Source of the DNA: Gemmatimonadota bacterium
GTDB taxonomy: Bacteria > Gemmatimonadota > Gemmatimonadetes > JACCXV01 > JAHWKZ01
DNA length: 64,000 nucleotides
NCBI GenBank assembly: GCA_033722155.1
Contig: JAWVZN010000003.1
Coordinates: 24,845-88,844, forward strand
Direction: 5' to 3'
In this document: positions 17,615 through 27,252 of the stretch, one piece after another
Layout of the letters: every line of letters starts with the position of its first letter
Position numbering within the stretch: position 1 is the first letter of the stretch
Position numbers and translations under genes: made by a program
The notes under the pieces: generated by a model
The model's database searches: none
What the model was told of the DNA's origin: nothing
What the model saw: only the letters and a program-made list of their open reading frames with translations

Positions 17615-18634
17615 TCACCCCTCCGATTCCGGATCGGGACCGGAATCGCCCTGGTCCTCGCCGACCCGCTCGCCCGACTCGTCGTACGCCCGGAGGATCT
17701 CCTTGACGAGCTCGTGGCGGATCACGTCGCGCGCGCTCAGGTAGACGAACGCGATCCCGTCCACGCCCTTCAGGATCCGCTCGATCTGGAGCAGCCCGCT
17801 CTCCTCGCGGAACGGCAGGTCGATCTGGGTCTTGTCCCCGGTGACCACGGCCCGGGAGTTCAGCCCCAGCCGGGTGAGGAACATCTTCATCTGGTTGCTG
17901 GTCGCGTTCTGCGCCTCGTCGAGGATCACGAACGCGTCGGCCAGGGTCCGGCCGCGCATGTAGGCGAGGGGCGCGATCTCGATCACCCGGGTCTCGAGGA
18001 ACCGGCGAACCTTGTCCTGCGGGAGCATGTCCTCGAGCGCGTCGTAGAGGGGCCGCAGGTACGGGTCGACCTTCTCCTGGAGATCCCCGGGAAGGAAGCC
18101 GAGGGTCTCCCCCGCCTCCACCGCCGGACGGGCGAGGATGATGCGCCGCACCCGCTTCTTGTGCAGGGCGTCGATCGCCATGGCGACGGCGAGGTACGTC
18201 TTCCCGGTTCCCGCCGGGCCGATCGAGACCACGATGTCGTGATCCTCCATCGCCCGAAGGTAGCGATCCTGCCCACGGGTCTTCGGCTTGATGATCTTCT
18301 GGGTTCCCCGGATGACGACGCGACCGGCCTGGAGCTGGGCGAGCCCCTCGTCGCCCCGCTCGTCGAGCTCCCGGTGGTACCGCCCGATGTCCTCCACGTC
18401 GAACCCGGTGCCGGTCTGGATCAGCTCGATCAGGTGCTCGACGAGCTTCACCGCGCGTCCCACGCCCTCGGGCTCGCCCTGGATCCGCAGCTCCCCGCCG
18501 CGCACGAACAGCCGGGTGTCGGTGAGCTCCTCCACCCGCTTGAGGTTTTGGTCCCGGGTCCCGAAGAGGGTGAGCTGGTCGACCCCTCCGAGCGGAACGG
18601 AGCGGGTCGTGGTCGATGTTTCGGTGGGGGTCAT
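17615..18634 (-). CDS. phoH: PhoH-like ATPase (YbeZ)
   Basis: Walker A GPAGTGKTYLA, FLPGDLQEKVDPYLRPLYDAL, ILDEAQN. Confidence 0.9.
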   Translation of the reverse strand: MTPTETSTTTRSVPLGGVDQLTLFGTRDQNLKRVEELTDTRLFVRGGELRIQGEPEGVGRAVKLVEHLIELIQTGTGFDVEDIGRYHRELDERGDEGLAQLQAGRVVIRGTQKIIKPKTRGQDRYLRAMEDHDIVVSIGPAGTGKTYLAVAMAIDALHKKRVRRIILARPAVEAGETLGFLPGDLQEKVDPYLRPLYDALEDMLPQDKVRRFLETRVIEIAPLAYMRGRTLADAFVILDEAQNATSNQMKMFLTRLGLNSRAVVTGDKTQIDLPFREESGLLQIERILKGVDGIAFVYLSARDVIRHELVKEILRAYDESGERVGEDQGDSGPDPESEG

Positions 18635-18671
18635 CGAGGAAGTCGAGTGTACGAGGCTCCGTTCGAGAGCG

Positions 18672-20492
18672 TCAAGGAGCGGACTCCCCCCCCTCGTCCT
18701 CCCCCTCCGGAAGGTCGAAGCGGAGGTGGAGCTGGGCGAGCTCCTCGTCGTCCACCTCCGACGGGGCCCCCTCCAGCAGCGCGGCCGCGCTGGTCGTCTT
18801 GGGGAACGCGATCACCTCCCGCAGGCTCCGGGCGCCCGCGAAGAGCATCGCGGTCCGGTCGAGGCCGAGCGCGATGCCGCCGTGGGGCGGGGCCCCGTAC
18901 TCGAAGGCGTCCAGGAGGAAGCCGAACTTCTCTCGCGCCTCCTCGGGCTCGATCCCGAGCAGCTCCAGCGCACGCTCCTGGACGCCCCGCTCGTGGATCC
19001 GGATCGATCCCCCCCCCAGCTCGTAGCCGTTCAGCACGAAGTCGTACGCCCGGGCCCGGATCGCGAGCAGGTCGTCGGCGTCCAGCGCCCGCAGGCCACC
19101 CGCGGGTGCGGTGAACGGGTGATGGCTCGGCGCGATCCCCCGCTCGGGATCCTGCTCGAACAGCGGGAACTCGACGATCCAGACCGGCCGCCAGGCCCCC
19201 TCCTCGACCCATCCGCGCTCCGACGCCAGCCGGAGGCGCAGCGCGCCCATGGTGGAGCGGGCGCGGTTCGGCCGGTCGGCCACCGCCAGCAGCAGGTCGC
19301 CCGTCTCCGCGCCGGCGTCCTCGCCGGCCGCCTCCCATCGGGTGACGTCCACGAACTTGTCGATCGACGAGGACCATCCCTCCTCCCCGCGGCGGGCCCA
19401 CACCAGCCCCTGGGCCCCCGCCTCCCGGGCCGCCTCCGTCCACCGGTCGATCCGGCCCCGGGAGGCGTCCGCCCCGTCCGGGACCCGGAGGGCGACCACC
19501 CTGCCGCCGGAGCCCACCACCGAATCGAACACCCGGAAGCCGGTCTTCCGGAACCGGTCGGTGACGTCCGTCAACTCGTGGGGGATCCGGAGGTCGGGCC
19601 GATCGGTTCCGAAGCGACGCATCGCCTCATCCCAGGAGATGCGGGGGACCTCCCCCAGCTCCACGCCGAGGCACTCGGCGAACAGGTGGCGGAAGAGCCC
19701 CTCTGTCGTCCCGATCACGTCCTCTTCCTCCACGAACGCCATCTCGATGTCGATCTGGGTGAATTCGGGTTGGCGGTCGGCCCGGAGGTCCTCGTCGCGG
19801 AAGCACCGGGCGATCTGGAAGTAGCGGTCGAATCCGGAGACCATCAGCAGCTGCTTGTACAGCTGGGGCGACCGCGGGAGCGCGTACACCTTTCCCGGGT
19901 GGGTGCGCGAGGGGACCAGGTAGTCGCGGGCTCCCTCCGGGGTCTTCCGCGTGAGCATCGGGGTCTCGATCTCCCAGAATCCGAGTCCGCTCAGGTACTT
20001 CCGGGTCTCCAGCGCGATCCGGTGCCGCATCCCCATGTTGGCGGCCAGGGCGGGACGCCGGAGCTCGAGATAGCGGTGCCGGAGCCGGAGCTCCTCCTCC
20101 ACCTCCCCACCCTCCTTCTCCACGTCCACCGGGAACGGCGGGGTGCTCGCCTCGGCGAGCAGGCGGGCCTCGTCGAGGCGCACCTCGATCTCTCCCGTCT
20201 CCAGATCCGGGTTCACGCTCCCCTCGGGGCGCTCCGTCACCTCGCCGACGAACCGCACCACGTCCTCCGCCCGGAGACCCTCCACCACGCCGAAGTCCTC
20301 CTCCGGCAGCCGCTCGGGATCCGCCACGCACTGCACGGGCCCCCACCGATCGCGGAGGTCGAGGAAGACGAGCCCCCCGTGGTCGCGTCGGCGATGGATC
20401 CAGCCGCAGAGGGCGACCCGGAGGCCGACGTCCCCCGCGCGAAGGGTCCCCGCACCCCGGGATCGAAGTGCCGTGCCCAGTGGATCGCTCAC
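18672..20492 (-). CDS. aspS: Aspartate--tRNA ligase
   Basis: CGWIHRRRDHGGLVFLDLRDR, FQIARCFRDEDLRADRQPEFTQID and the class II motifs. GTG at 20492 is preceded by AAGGAGG. An alternative GTG at 20516 overlaps the upstream stop. Confidence 0.9.
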   Translation of the reverse strand: MSDPLGTALRSRGAGTLRAGDVGLRVALCGWIHRRRDHGGLVFLDLRDRWGPVQCVADPERLPEEDFGVVEGLRAEDVVRFVGEVTERPEGSVNPDLETGEIEVRLDEARLLAEASTPPFPVDVEKEGGEVEEELRLRHRYLELRRPALAANMGMRHRIALETRKYLSGLGFWEIETPMLTRKTPEGARDYLVPSRTHPGKVYALPRSPQLYKQLLMVSGFDRYFQIARCFRDEDLRADRQPEFTQIDIEMAFVEEEDVIGTTEGLFRHLFAECLGVELGEVPRISWDEAMRRFGTDRPDLRIPHELTDVTDRFRKTGFRVFDSVVGSGGRVVALRVPDGADASRGRIDRWTEAAREAGAQGLVWARRGEEGWSSSIDKFVDVTRWEAAGEDAGAETGDLLLAVADRPNRARSTMGALRLRLASERGWVEEGAWRPVWIVEFPLFEQDPERGIAPSHHPFTAPAGGLRALDADDLLAIRARAYDFVLNGYELGGGSIRIHERGVQERALELLGIEPEEAREKFGFLLDAFEYGAPPHGGIALGLDRTAMLFAGARSLREVIAFPKTTSAAALLEGAPSEVDDEELAQLHLRFDLPEGEDEGGESAP

Positions 20493-20512
20493 CTTCGAGA
20501 CCTCCTTTTCGC

Positions 20513-20926
20513 TCACCGTCCGATCCTCCACCACGCCGCCACGCCCACGATCGCCCCGGCGGCGTCGGCGATCCAGTCGCCCAGGTCGGGATCGCGGGAG
20601 AGCACCGCCTGAAGGCCCTCGACGCTCCCGCCGAAGGCCGCCGACCCGACGACCCCCGCGACCAGCGAGGCCGGGACGGCGAGATCGGATCGGCGAGAGG
20701 CGCGAGCCAACAGATACCCCAGGATGGCGTAGAACGCCCCGTGGCCCCACCGGTCGACCCCCAGCGGAGTGTCCGGCAGGGGATTCTCGGCCATCGGGAC
20801 CGTCGAGACGAGGAGGATCACGAGCATCCAGGCCCCGGCCGCGAGCCACGCCCGTCCCGCCTCGGAGCGGACCGCAGAATACGCCTCCCCGGCGCTCGTC
20901 ACAAGCGCGCGAGCGTGGCTTGACAC
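20513..20926 (-). CDS. VanZ-like small membrane protein (start uncertain)
   Basis: Several TM helices and a WGHGAFYAILGYL plus DWIADAAGAIVG pattern resembling the VanZ family. Starts are possible at 20926 or 20902 (both GTG). Confidence 0.5.
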   Translation of the reverse strand: MSSHARALVTSAGEAYSAVRSEAGRAWLAAGAWMLVILLVSTVPMAENPLPDTPLGVDRWGHGAFYAILGYLLARASRRSDLAVPASLVAGVVGSAAFGGSVEGLQAVLSRDPDLGDWIADAAGAIVGVAAWWRIGR

Positions 20927-20949
20927 CGCCTCGGAGGGCGGAATATCTT
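20920..20949 (+). promoter_or_regulatory. Candidate sigma70-type promoter for the tRNA-Gly/tRNA-Cys pair
   Basis: TTGACA (20920-20925), 18-nt spacer, TATCTT (20944-20949), 36 nt upstream of the tRNA-Gly 5' end. Confidence 0.3.
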
Positions 20950-20984
20950 CTTCATCGAATTTTCGGGCGAAGCACGCCCACCGA

Positions 20985-21060
<76 letters not shown>

Positions 21061-21075
21061 CCTCTCTGTCGCGCG

Positions 21076-21102
21076 AAGCCCTCCTGTCCACGGGAGGGCT
21101 TT
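21076..21102 (+). other. Stem-loop between the two tRNA genes
   Basis: AAGCCCTCC-N8-GGAGGGCTT (9 bp) followed by a single further T. May be a processing or weak terminator element. Confidence 0.3.
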
Positions 21103-21122
21103 CGCGTAGCCGGCCAGGTCGA

Positions 21123-21197
21123 GGCGGCGTCGCCAAGTGGTACGGCAGGTGTCTGCAAAACCACCATTCGGCGGTTCGAATCCGCCCGCCGCCTCCA
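21123..21197 (+). tRNA. tRNA-Cys (anticodon GCA), with an irregular anticodon stem
   Basis: Perfect acceptor GGCGGCG/CGCCGCC, T-arm GGCGG-TTCGAAT-CCGCC, loop CTGCAAA, discriminator U73 (Cys identity element), encoded CCA. The anticodon stem GGTGT/ACCAC(C) needs a bulge or two mismatches. Confidence 0.8.
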
Positions 21198-21214
21198 CAG
21201 CCCCCCCGCGTCCC

Positions 21215-22042
21215 TCACTCCACGTACAGATCCGGCCGTAGTCGGGAGCCCGGCTCCACCGCGTAGGGCGTGAGGTCCGTCACCCCCGCTTCTGCCAGCA
21301 CCTCCTCGTCGGAAAAGAAGTTCCCGGTGCACGTGGCGGCGTCCCGCACGAGGATCGCGTGCGCCGCGTCGGCCACGATCGCCGGGGTGCGACACTCCTC
21401 CGGTTCCACCCCCTCGAGGAGCCGAACGGCGGAGGTCGCGATCACCGTGCGCGGCCACAGCGCGTTCACCCCGACGCCCGCCTCCCGGAACTCGGCCGCG
21501 AGACCGATGACGCTGAGGCTCATCCCGTACTTCGAGATCGTGTAGGCGAGGTGCGGGGCGAGCCAGCGCGGCTCGAGGGAGATCGGGGGCGCCATCATCA
21601 GCACATGCGGGTTCTCCGCCCGCATCAGGTGGGGCAGGCACGCGCGGGCGCACACCCAGGCTCCCCGGACGTTGACGTCCTGCATCAGGTCGTATCGCTT
21701 CACCGGGGTCTCGAGTGTGCCGGCGAGGTGGATCGCTCCCGCGTTGGCCACCAGCGCGTCGATTCCCCCGAAGGTCGCCATCGTCCTCTCGACGGCCCGC
21801 TCCACCGCCTCCTCGTCGCGGACGTCGACGGGAACCGCCAGGGCGCGACCGCCCGCCGCCTCCACCGCCTCGGCCGCGGTGTGGATCGTTCCCGGCAGCT
21901 TCGGGTGCGGGCTCTCCGTCTTCGCGGCGATCACCACGTTGGCCCCGTCGGCGGCCGCCCGGACGGCGATCGCCTCCCCGATGCCCCGGCTCGCGCCGGT
22001 GACGAAGAGGGTTCGGTCCCGCAGGTCGGCAGGGCTCGGCAC
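21215..22042 (-). CDS. SDR-family oxidoreductase (HSDL2-like)
   Basis: TGASRGIG Rossmann motif and YTISK catalytic Y-x3-K. GTG start at 22042. Confidence 0.85.
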   Translation of the reverse strand: MPSPADLRDRTLFVTGASRGIGEAIAVRAAADGANVVIAAKTESPHPKLPGTIHTAAEAVEAAGGRALAVPVDVRDEEAVERAVERTMATFGGIDALVANAGAIHLAGTLETPVKRYDLMQDVNVRGAWVCARACLPHLMRAENPHVLMMAPPISLEPRWLAPHLAYTISKYGMSLSVIGLAAEFREAGVGVNALWPRTVIATSAVRLLEGVEPEECRTPAIVADAAHAILVRDAATCTGNFFSDEEVLAEAGVTDLTPYAVEPGSRLRPDLYVE

Positions 22043-22424
22043 GACCCGAAGCTAGAGGCGCGCCGAAGCGCCTTGCAAGTTGACGCGATTGGACCGCGCT
22101 CTCCCGGATACCACGGGGTCGCTCGAGGCCGCCGCTCAGCCCGCGATGGAACGTCACGGCCCCGTCCTCCGCGTGGGAGTTCCACGATACGGGAAGAAAG
22201 TTTCCGCCGGAGCGGAACGAGAGCCCCGCCGCCGACCATCTCGATTCCCTCTCGCGCTCCTTCGCTTTCCCGGGGGTGGAAAGGGGTCGGGAAGATGCGC
22301 TTCAAATCCGGTGGTGACAATGCATTAGCCGAATTCGTCATGGTACGTCGGATGCGCCTTGTCAGGGTGCCGCGGAGACGAGATCCGCATCACCCGACAC
22401 GGCAGACGAGGAACGATCCCGACG

Positions 22425-24548
22425 ATGCCGACGAACTGCCCGACCGAACGGCGTTCACCCGCTACCTTCCGTTTCGTGCTCCTCCCCCTTCTGACCGCGA
22501 CCGCCGTGGCGTGCAGCAGCGGCGCCGGCCCGACCGCGCCGGAGCGCAGCCAGCCCCGGATCGCTTCCGTGATCGTGAGGCCCGACCGGGTCTCGCTGGC
22601 GCCGAACGAGAGCGTCCGCTTCACCGCCGACGTCCGGGACGCCGACGGACGCCCGGTCTCGGCGCCGATCACCTGGAAGGCGACCGGCGGCGACATCGAC
22701 GCCGACGGCACCTACGTGGGCGGCGAGAGGTCCGGCGAGTTCCAGGTTCGAGCGATCACCATCGGAGACGTCCTGGGCTGGGCCCGCATCCGAATCGAGG
22801 GCGGCTCGGACGAGGGCGGCGGCTCGGACGCCGGCGGCTCGACCTCCGACACCGGCTCGGACGACGGCTCGACCGGCGGCCAGAGCGGGAGCGGATCCGG
22901 CGGCGGAGCCCAGGGCGGCGATCCCGCCGATCCGAAACCCACGACCCTCACGATCTCCCCCGGGGAGATCACGCTGGAGACGGGCGAGGGCGCGCAGTTC
23001 ACGGCCGACCTCCGCGACCAGAACGGCGATCCGATGTCGGAACCGGTGTCGTGGGAGGCCACGGGGGGGGCGATCACGAATCTCGGCCTCTATTCCGCCG
23101 GTGGCCGGCCGGGCGGCTACCACGTGACCGCCAAGAGCCGCGGTCTCACCGTCACCGCCGACGTCACGATCGAGGCGGTGCCGCGGGCGACCACGATTCG
23201 CGTCTCCCCCACCTCCACGGAGCTCGAGCCCGGCGAGAGCCAGCGCTTCTCGGCCGAGGTGCTGGACCAGAACGGAGATCCCCTGGACACCGAGCCCGCG
23301 TGGGACGCCACCGGGGGCACGATCTCCTCGAGCGGTCGCTACGAGGCCGGCTCCGAGGAGGGCGACTTCCGGGTGACGGTCCGCAGCGAGGGGCTCGAGA
23401 CGAGCGCCGACGTCACGATCTCGGCCCCGCACGACGACGCGAACCGGCGCGACGGCGTGCCGATCTCGCCTGGCGAGAGCATCCAGCGCGCGGTCGACGC
23501 CAACCCCGCGGGAACCACCTTCGTGCTCGAGGCCGGGATCCACCGCGGCCAGTCGGTCGAGCCCAAGGACGGGACGACCTTCGTCGGCGAGAACGGTGCC
23601 GTGCTCGACGGTGACGGCCAGGAGTTCGCCTTCCACGGCGATGCCGACGACGTGACGATCCGCAACCTCGTGATCGAGGACTACGCGCCGGGCGCCCAGA
23701 TGGGGGCGATCAAGGCCGGCGGCCACGACCCCGGCGCGAGCACCTCCGGCTGGGTCGTGGAGAACAGCGAGGTCCGCCACAACGACGGCGGCGGGATCCG
23801 GATCGGCGACCGGATGACGATCCGCGACAGCCGGATCCACCACAACTCGCAGATCGGCATCGTGGGGATCGGCGACGGCGTCCTCGTGGAGAACAACGAG
23901 ATCGACCACAACAACTGGCAGAAGGAGTACGACTACGGCTGGGAGGCCGGCGGGACGAAATTCGTGAAGACCCGCAACCTGGTCGTGCGCGGCAACCACG
24001 TGCACGACAACTGGGGCCCCGGCCTGTGGACCGACATCGACAACGTCGACACCCTGTACGAGAACAACCTGGTCGAGGACAACGCCGACACCGGCATCTT
24101 CCACGAGATCAGCTACTCCGCGGTGATCCGCAACAACACCGTCCGCCGCAACGGCTACGACCGGGTCGGCGACTGGGTGTACGGCGCCGGCATCCTCGTC
24201 GCCCACTCGTCCGACGTCGAGGTGTACGGCAACACCGTCGAGAACAACCAGAACGGCATCATGGGCGTCCAGCAGGACCGCGGCAGCGGCGACTTCGGAC
24301 CCCACCGGCTGGAGAACCTCGACGTCCACGACAACACGATCGTCCAGACCACCCGCCAGTGGGCCGCCGGGGTCGCGCAGGACGTGGGCGACGACAGCGT
24401 GTTCGACCGGAACATCCGCTTCGACTGGAACCACTATACCCTGGGGTCCGCCGACGGTCGCTGGTTCGAATGGGCGGACGGCCAGCGGGACAAGGACGAT
24501 TGGGTCGACGAGTACCGCAACGACGTGAACGGGACCTTCGAGTGGTAG
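22425..24548 (+). CDS. Secreted lipoprotein: 3x Big_2 Ig-like domains plus right-handed parallel beta-helix domain (candidate polysaccharide lyase/hydrolase)
   Basis: Lipobox LLTATAVACSS. Three repeats of the W(K/E/D)ATGG...G.Y pattern with a Gly/Ser/Asp linker. C-terminal half has PbH1-like repeats (NSEVRHNDGGGIRI, SRIHHNSQIGIVG, NNEIDHNN, GNHVHDNWGPGLW, NNLVEDNADTGIF). Confidence 0.8.
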   Translation: MPTNCPTERRSPATFRFVLLPLLTATAVACSSGAGPTAPERSQPRIASVIVRPDRVSLAPNESVRFTADVRDADGRPVSAPITWKATGGDIDADGTYVGGERSGEFQVRAITIGDVLGWARIRIEGGSDEGGGSDAGGSTSDTGSDDGSTGGQSGSGSGGGAQGGDPADPKPTTLTISPGEITLETGEGAQFTADLRDQNGDPMSEPVSWEATGGAITNLGLYSAGGRPGGYHVTAKSRGLTVTADVTIEAVPRATTIRVSPTSTELEPGESQRFSAEVLDQNGDPLDTEPAWDATGGTISSSGRYEAGSEEGDFRVTVRSEGLETSADVTISAPHDDANRRDGVPISPGESIQRAVDANPAGTTFVLEAGIHRGQSVEPKDGTTFVGENGAVLDGDGQEFAFHGDADDVTIRNLVIEDYAPGAQMGAIKAGGHDPGASTSGWVVENSEVRHNDGGGIRIGDRMTIRDSRIHHNSQIGIVGIGDGVLVENNEIDHNNWQKEYDYGWEAGGTKFVKTRNLVVRGNHVHDNWGPGLWTDIDNVDTLYENNLVEDNADTGIFHEISYSAVIRNNTVRRNGYDRVGDWVYGAGILVAHSSDVEVYGNTVENNQNGIMGVQQDRGSGDFGPHRLENLDVHDNTIVQTTRQWAAGVAQDVGDDSVFDRNIRFDWNHYTLGSADGRWFEWADGQRDKDDWVDEYRNDVNGTFEW

Positions 24549-24734
24549 CCTGACCGGGAATCCCGACCTCCTTTCTTCGGGCGGCCGCCCCCCCTCGCCT
24601 GCGTCGTCGGGACGGGCAGGGATCCGGGTGGCCGCCCTTCCTTCGTCCCGATCCGCCTCTGGTCGCCGGAGCCGCGCGATCTCCCCCCCGATCCGTTATG
24701 TTCGTGGCAGCTATCCTTCAGGCCGAAACCGATC

Positions 24735-25916
24735 GTGAGCGAATCGACCCGCCCTCTCCGCCACGTGGCGCTCTTCTGCCACTCCCTCGACCGCCGCGCC
24801 ATCGCGCGGCTGTGCTCTACCCTGTGTGCCGAGATCGCCGCCCGAATCCCCAGGGTGTCGCTCGTCGTGGTGAAGCGCGATCCGGAGGCGTCCGATCCCG
24901 CCGGCACGGATGTGGTGGTTCTCGGGGCGGCGATCGACCGCTCCGCCTTCGCCGTTCCCCGCCTCGCCGGCTGGCTCCGACGGGAGCGCCCGGACGTCGT
25001 CTTCAGCCAGCACAACGGTCCCAACCGGGCCGCGGTGACGGCGCGGGAGCTCGCCCGCGTCGGCACCGGGATCGTGACCGTGGAGCAGAACCACTACTCG
25101 ACCTACGTCTCCCCGAAGGGCGGACGGTATTCGCATCTTCGGATCCGGGACATGGCGACAGGGTGGCTCTACCCGCGAGCCGACCGCGTGGCGGGCGTAT
25201 GCCCGGACGTGGTGGAGGACCTGGAGGAGCGATTTCCCGGCGTCCGGGGCCGCACCACCGTTCTTCCCAATCCCGGGCCCGATCCCGCGGGGCTGGAGCG
25301 CCGGCTGGAAGGTGACCCCGCCCACCCGTGGTTCGACCGGACAGACGGGAACGCGGCACGGGTGATCTGCTCGGTGGCCAACGTGATCCCCCGCAAGGGA
25401 CAGGACGTGCTGATCGAAGCCCTGCCCCGGATCCGACGCCGGTGCGGGGAGGTTCGCCTGCTCCTGGTCGGCCGTCTCGACAACGCCGAGTACGTCGACT
25501 CCCTCCGGGCCCGCGCCGACGAGCTCGCGGTGCGGGAGTGCGTCTCCTTCGCCGGCTACCGCGACGACCCCCTCCCCATCGTGGCGGCGAGCGACGTCTT
25601 CGCCCTCGCCTCGAGGAACGAGGGGATGCCCCTGGTGCTTCTGGAGGCGCTGGCGTGCGCGACCCCCGTCGTGGCGACCGCCTGCCACAGCGGACCCGCC
25701 TACATCCTGGAGGAGGGACGGGCCGGCCGTCTGGTGGAGCTCGACGACCCCGTCGCCATGGCGGAGGCGATCGGGGACGTTCTCGAGGATCCCTCGCTCC
25801 GGCGGCGGCTCGTGCGGAGGGGGAGCGAGCGCACCCGACGGTTCGTCCCGTCGCGCGTGGCGTCCGACTATCTCGAGGTGGCGCAGGAGGTTCGCGCCGC
25901 CACGTCGACGGTCTGA
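24735..25916 (+). CDS. Glycosyltransferase family 4
   Basis: GT4 C-terminal signature SRNEGMPLVLLEALACATPVVAT. GTG start. Confidence 0.85.
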   Translation: MSESTRPLRHVALFCHSLDRRAIARLCSTLCAEIAARIPRVSLVVVKRDPEASDPAGTDVVVLGAAIDRSAFAVPRLAGWLRRERPDVVFSQHNGPNRAAVTARELARVGTGIVTVEQNHYSTYVSPKGGRYSHLRIRDMATGWLYPRADRVAGVCPDVVEDLEERFPGVRGRTTVLPNPGPDPAGLERRLEGDPAHPWFDRTDGNAARVICSVANVIPRKGQDVLIEALPRIRRRCGEVRLLLVGRLDNAEYVDSLRARADELAVRECVSFAGYRDDPLPIVAASDVFALASRNEGMPLVLLEALACATPVVATACHSGPAYILEEGRAGRLVELDDPVAMAEAIGDVLEDPSLRRRLVRRGSERTRRFVPSRVASDYLEVAQEVRAATSTV

Positions 25917-25998
25917 AGGACCGGACATCGCCGTTCTGAGGCGACTCCTCCGAGAATCCGCGTCCCGCGCCGAGGAGCTGTGGGGGCAGCGCCACGGG

Positions 25999-27252
25999 AT
26001 GCTCGCCGGCCTGGTGGACTCCGGGCTCGCCTCGCTGGCGACCTTCGCGATCGGAGTGTACGCGGTGCGGGCGCTCGATCCCACCGTCCTGGGGGGATAC
26101 GCGCTCGTCTACCAGGCGATCTTTCTGGTGGGGATGATCCCGGCCAACCTCGTCTTCACCCCTGCCGAGGTGATCGCCGTGGAGCACCCCGAGCCGGTAC
26201 GCCCCGTGCATCTCGCCCGCTCGCTTCCCTACGGGGCGCTCTTCGCCATCCCGGCCGGCCTCGCGGTCGCGATCTGGATCCCGATCGCGCCGCCCGAGAT
26301 TCCCGCCGGCGCGATCACCGCCCTCACGATCACCGGGATCGCCACCGCGATCGTCTCTCCGATACAGGATCACGTCCGCCGGGTCCTCCACTCCGGCGGC
26401 TACTCCCGGGACGCGGCCGTCGTCTCCGGGGTGCAGCTCGGCGTCGCCGGCGTCTCGATCGCCGTGCTCCACCTCGGCGGGTTCCCCGCCGTGTGGATCC
26501 CGTTCGGCGCGCTCGCGATCGCGAACGTCACGAGCTTCTCCATCGCCGTCGTCCTGGCGCGGCTCCGTACCCGGGGGAAGAGCGTCGAGCGGGAGCTCGA
26601 GTTCGGCGAGCTGGTCGCCGCGGGGCGGTGGCTGGCCGGGGGCGCCGCGCTCAACCCCGCCACCGGCTTCGTCTCCGCGGCGCTCGTCTCCCGCCTGGCG
26701 AGCGCGGCCGCCCTGGGATACGCGGAGGCGGCGCGGGTGGTCGCCCAACCGGTCTGGGTGCTGGCAGTGGGGCTCTCGGCGGTGCTCGGTCCCCGCTCCA
26801 TGTCGGCGGCCCGACGGGGCGAGCGCGTCGAAGCGCGAAAGGTCTCCCGCGTCTTTCTGACGGTGGTGCTGGTGACCGGCGCCTGCGTGCTGGCGTGGCT
26901 CGGACCCGACTGGCCCCTCAACCCGATGGCGTGGCTGATGCCGGCGGCGTTCGCGGTGGAGGGACTCGTGGCCGCCTCGATCGTCGCCCAGATCCTGGCG
27001 GCGACCATCTTCCCCTACCGCTCCGAGCTGATCGGCGCCCGGAGGGAGGCGACCTACACCCGGATCGAGCTGTGGGGTTCCATCGTCCGGACCGCGGTCT
27101 CGGCCACCGCCCGGTTCACCCGGGCGTTCGCGATCCCGCTGGGCATCGTCGCCATCTGGGTCTTTCGGTGGTTCGCCTATCGTAGAGTGCTGCGGGGAGT
27201 GTACGCGAGCGAGGGTGGCGGGCCGGGAGAAGGGAAAGCGGTCGGGGCCTAG
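25999..27252 (+). CDS. Multi-pass membrane protein, Wzx/MOP-type flippase candidate
   Basis: 417 aa with 10-12 predicted hydrophobic helices. Located in the EPS locus, which otherwise lacks a flippase. No diagnostic motif was recognised by eye. Confidence 0.5.
   Translation: MLAGLVDSGLASLATFAIGVYAVRALDPTVLGGYALVYQAIFLVGMIPANLVFTPAEVIAVEHPEPVRPVHLARSLPYGALFAIPAGLAVAIWIPIAPPEIPAGAITALTITGIATAIVSPIQDHVRRVLHSGGYSRDAAVVSGVQLGVAGVSIAVLHLGGFPAVWIPFGALAIANVTSFSIAVVLARLRTRGKSVERELEFGELVAAGRWLAGGAALNPATGFVSAALVSRLASAAALGYAEAARVVAQPVWVLAVGLSAVLGPRSMSAARRGERVEARKVSRVFLTVVLVTGACVLAWLGPDWPLNPMAWLMPAAFAVEGLVAASIVAQILAATIFPYRSELIGARREATYTRIELWGSIVRTAVSATARFTRAFAIPLGIVAIWVFRWFAYRRVLRGVYASEGGGPGEGKAVGA

Noticed and set aside
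22790-22930. Short tandem-looking GGCGGCTCGGAC-type DNA repeats
   Set aside because: They lie in frame inside the Big_2/beta-helix gene and encode a Gly/Ser/Asp linker between Ig-like domains. They are not a CRISPR array or a non-coding repeat array.
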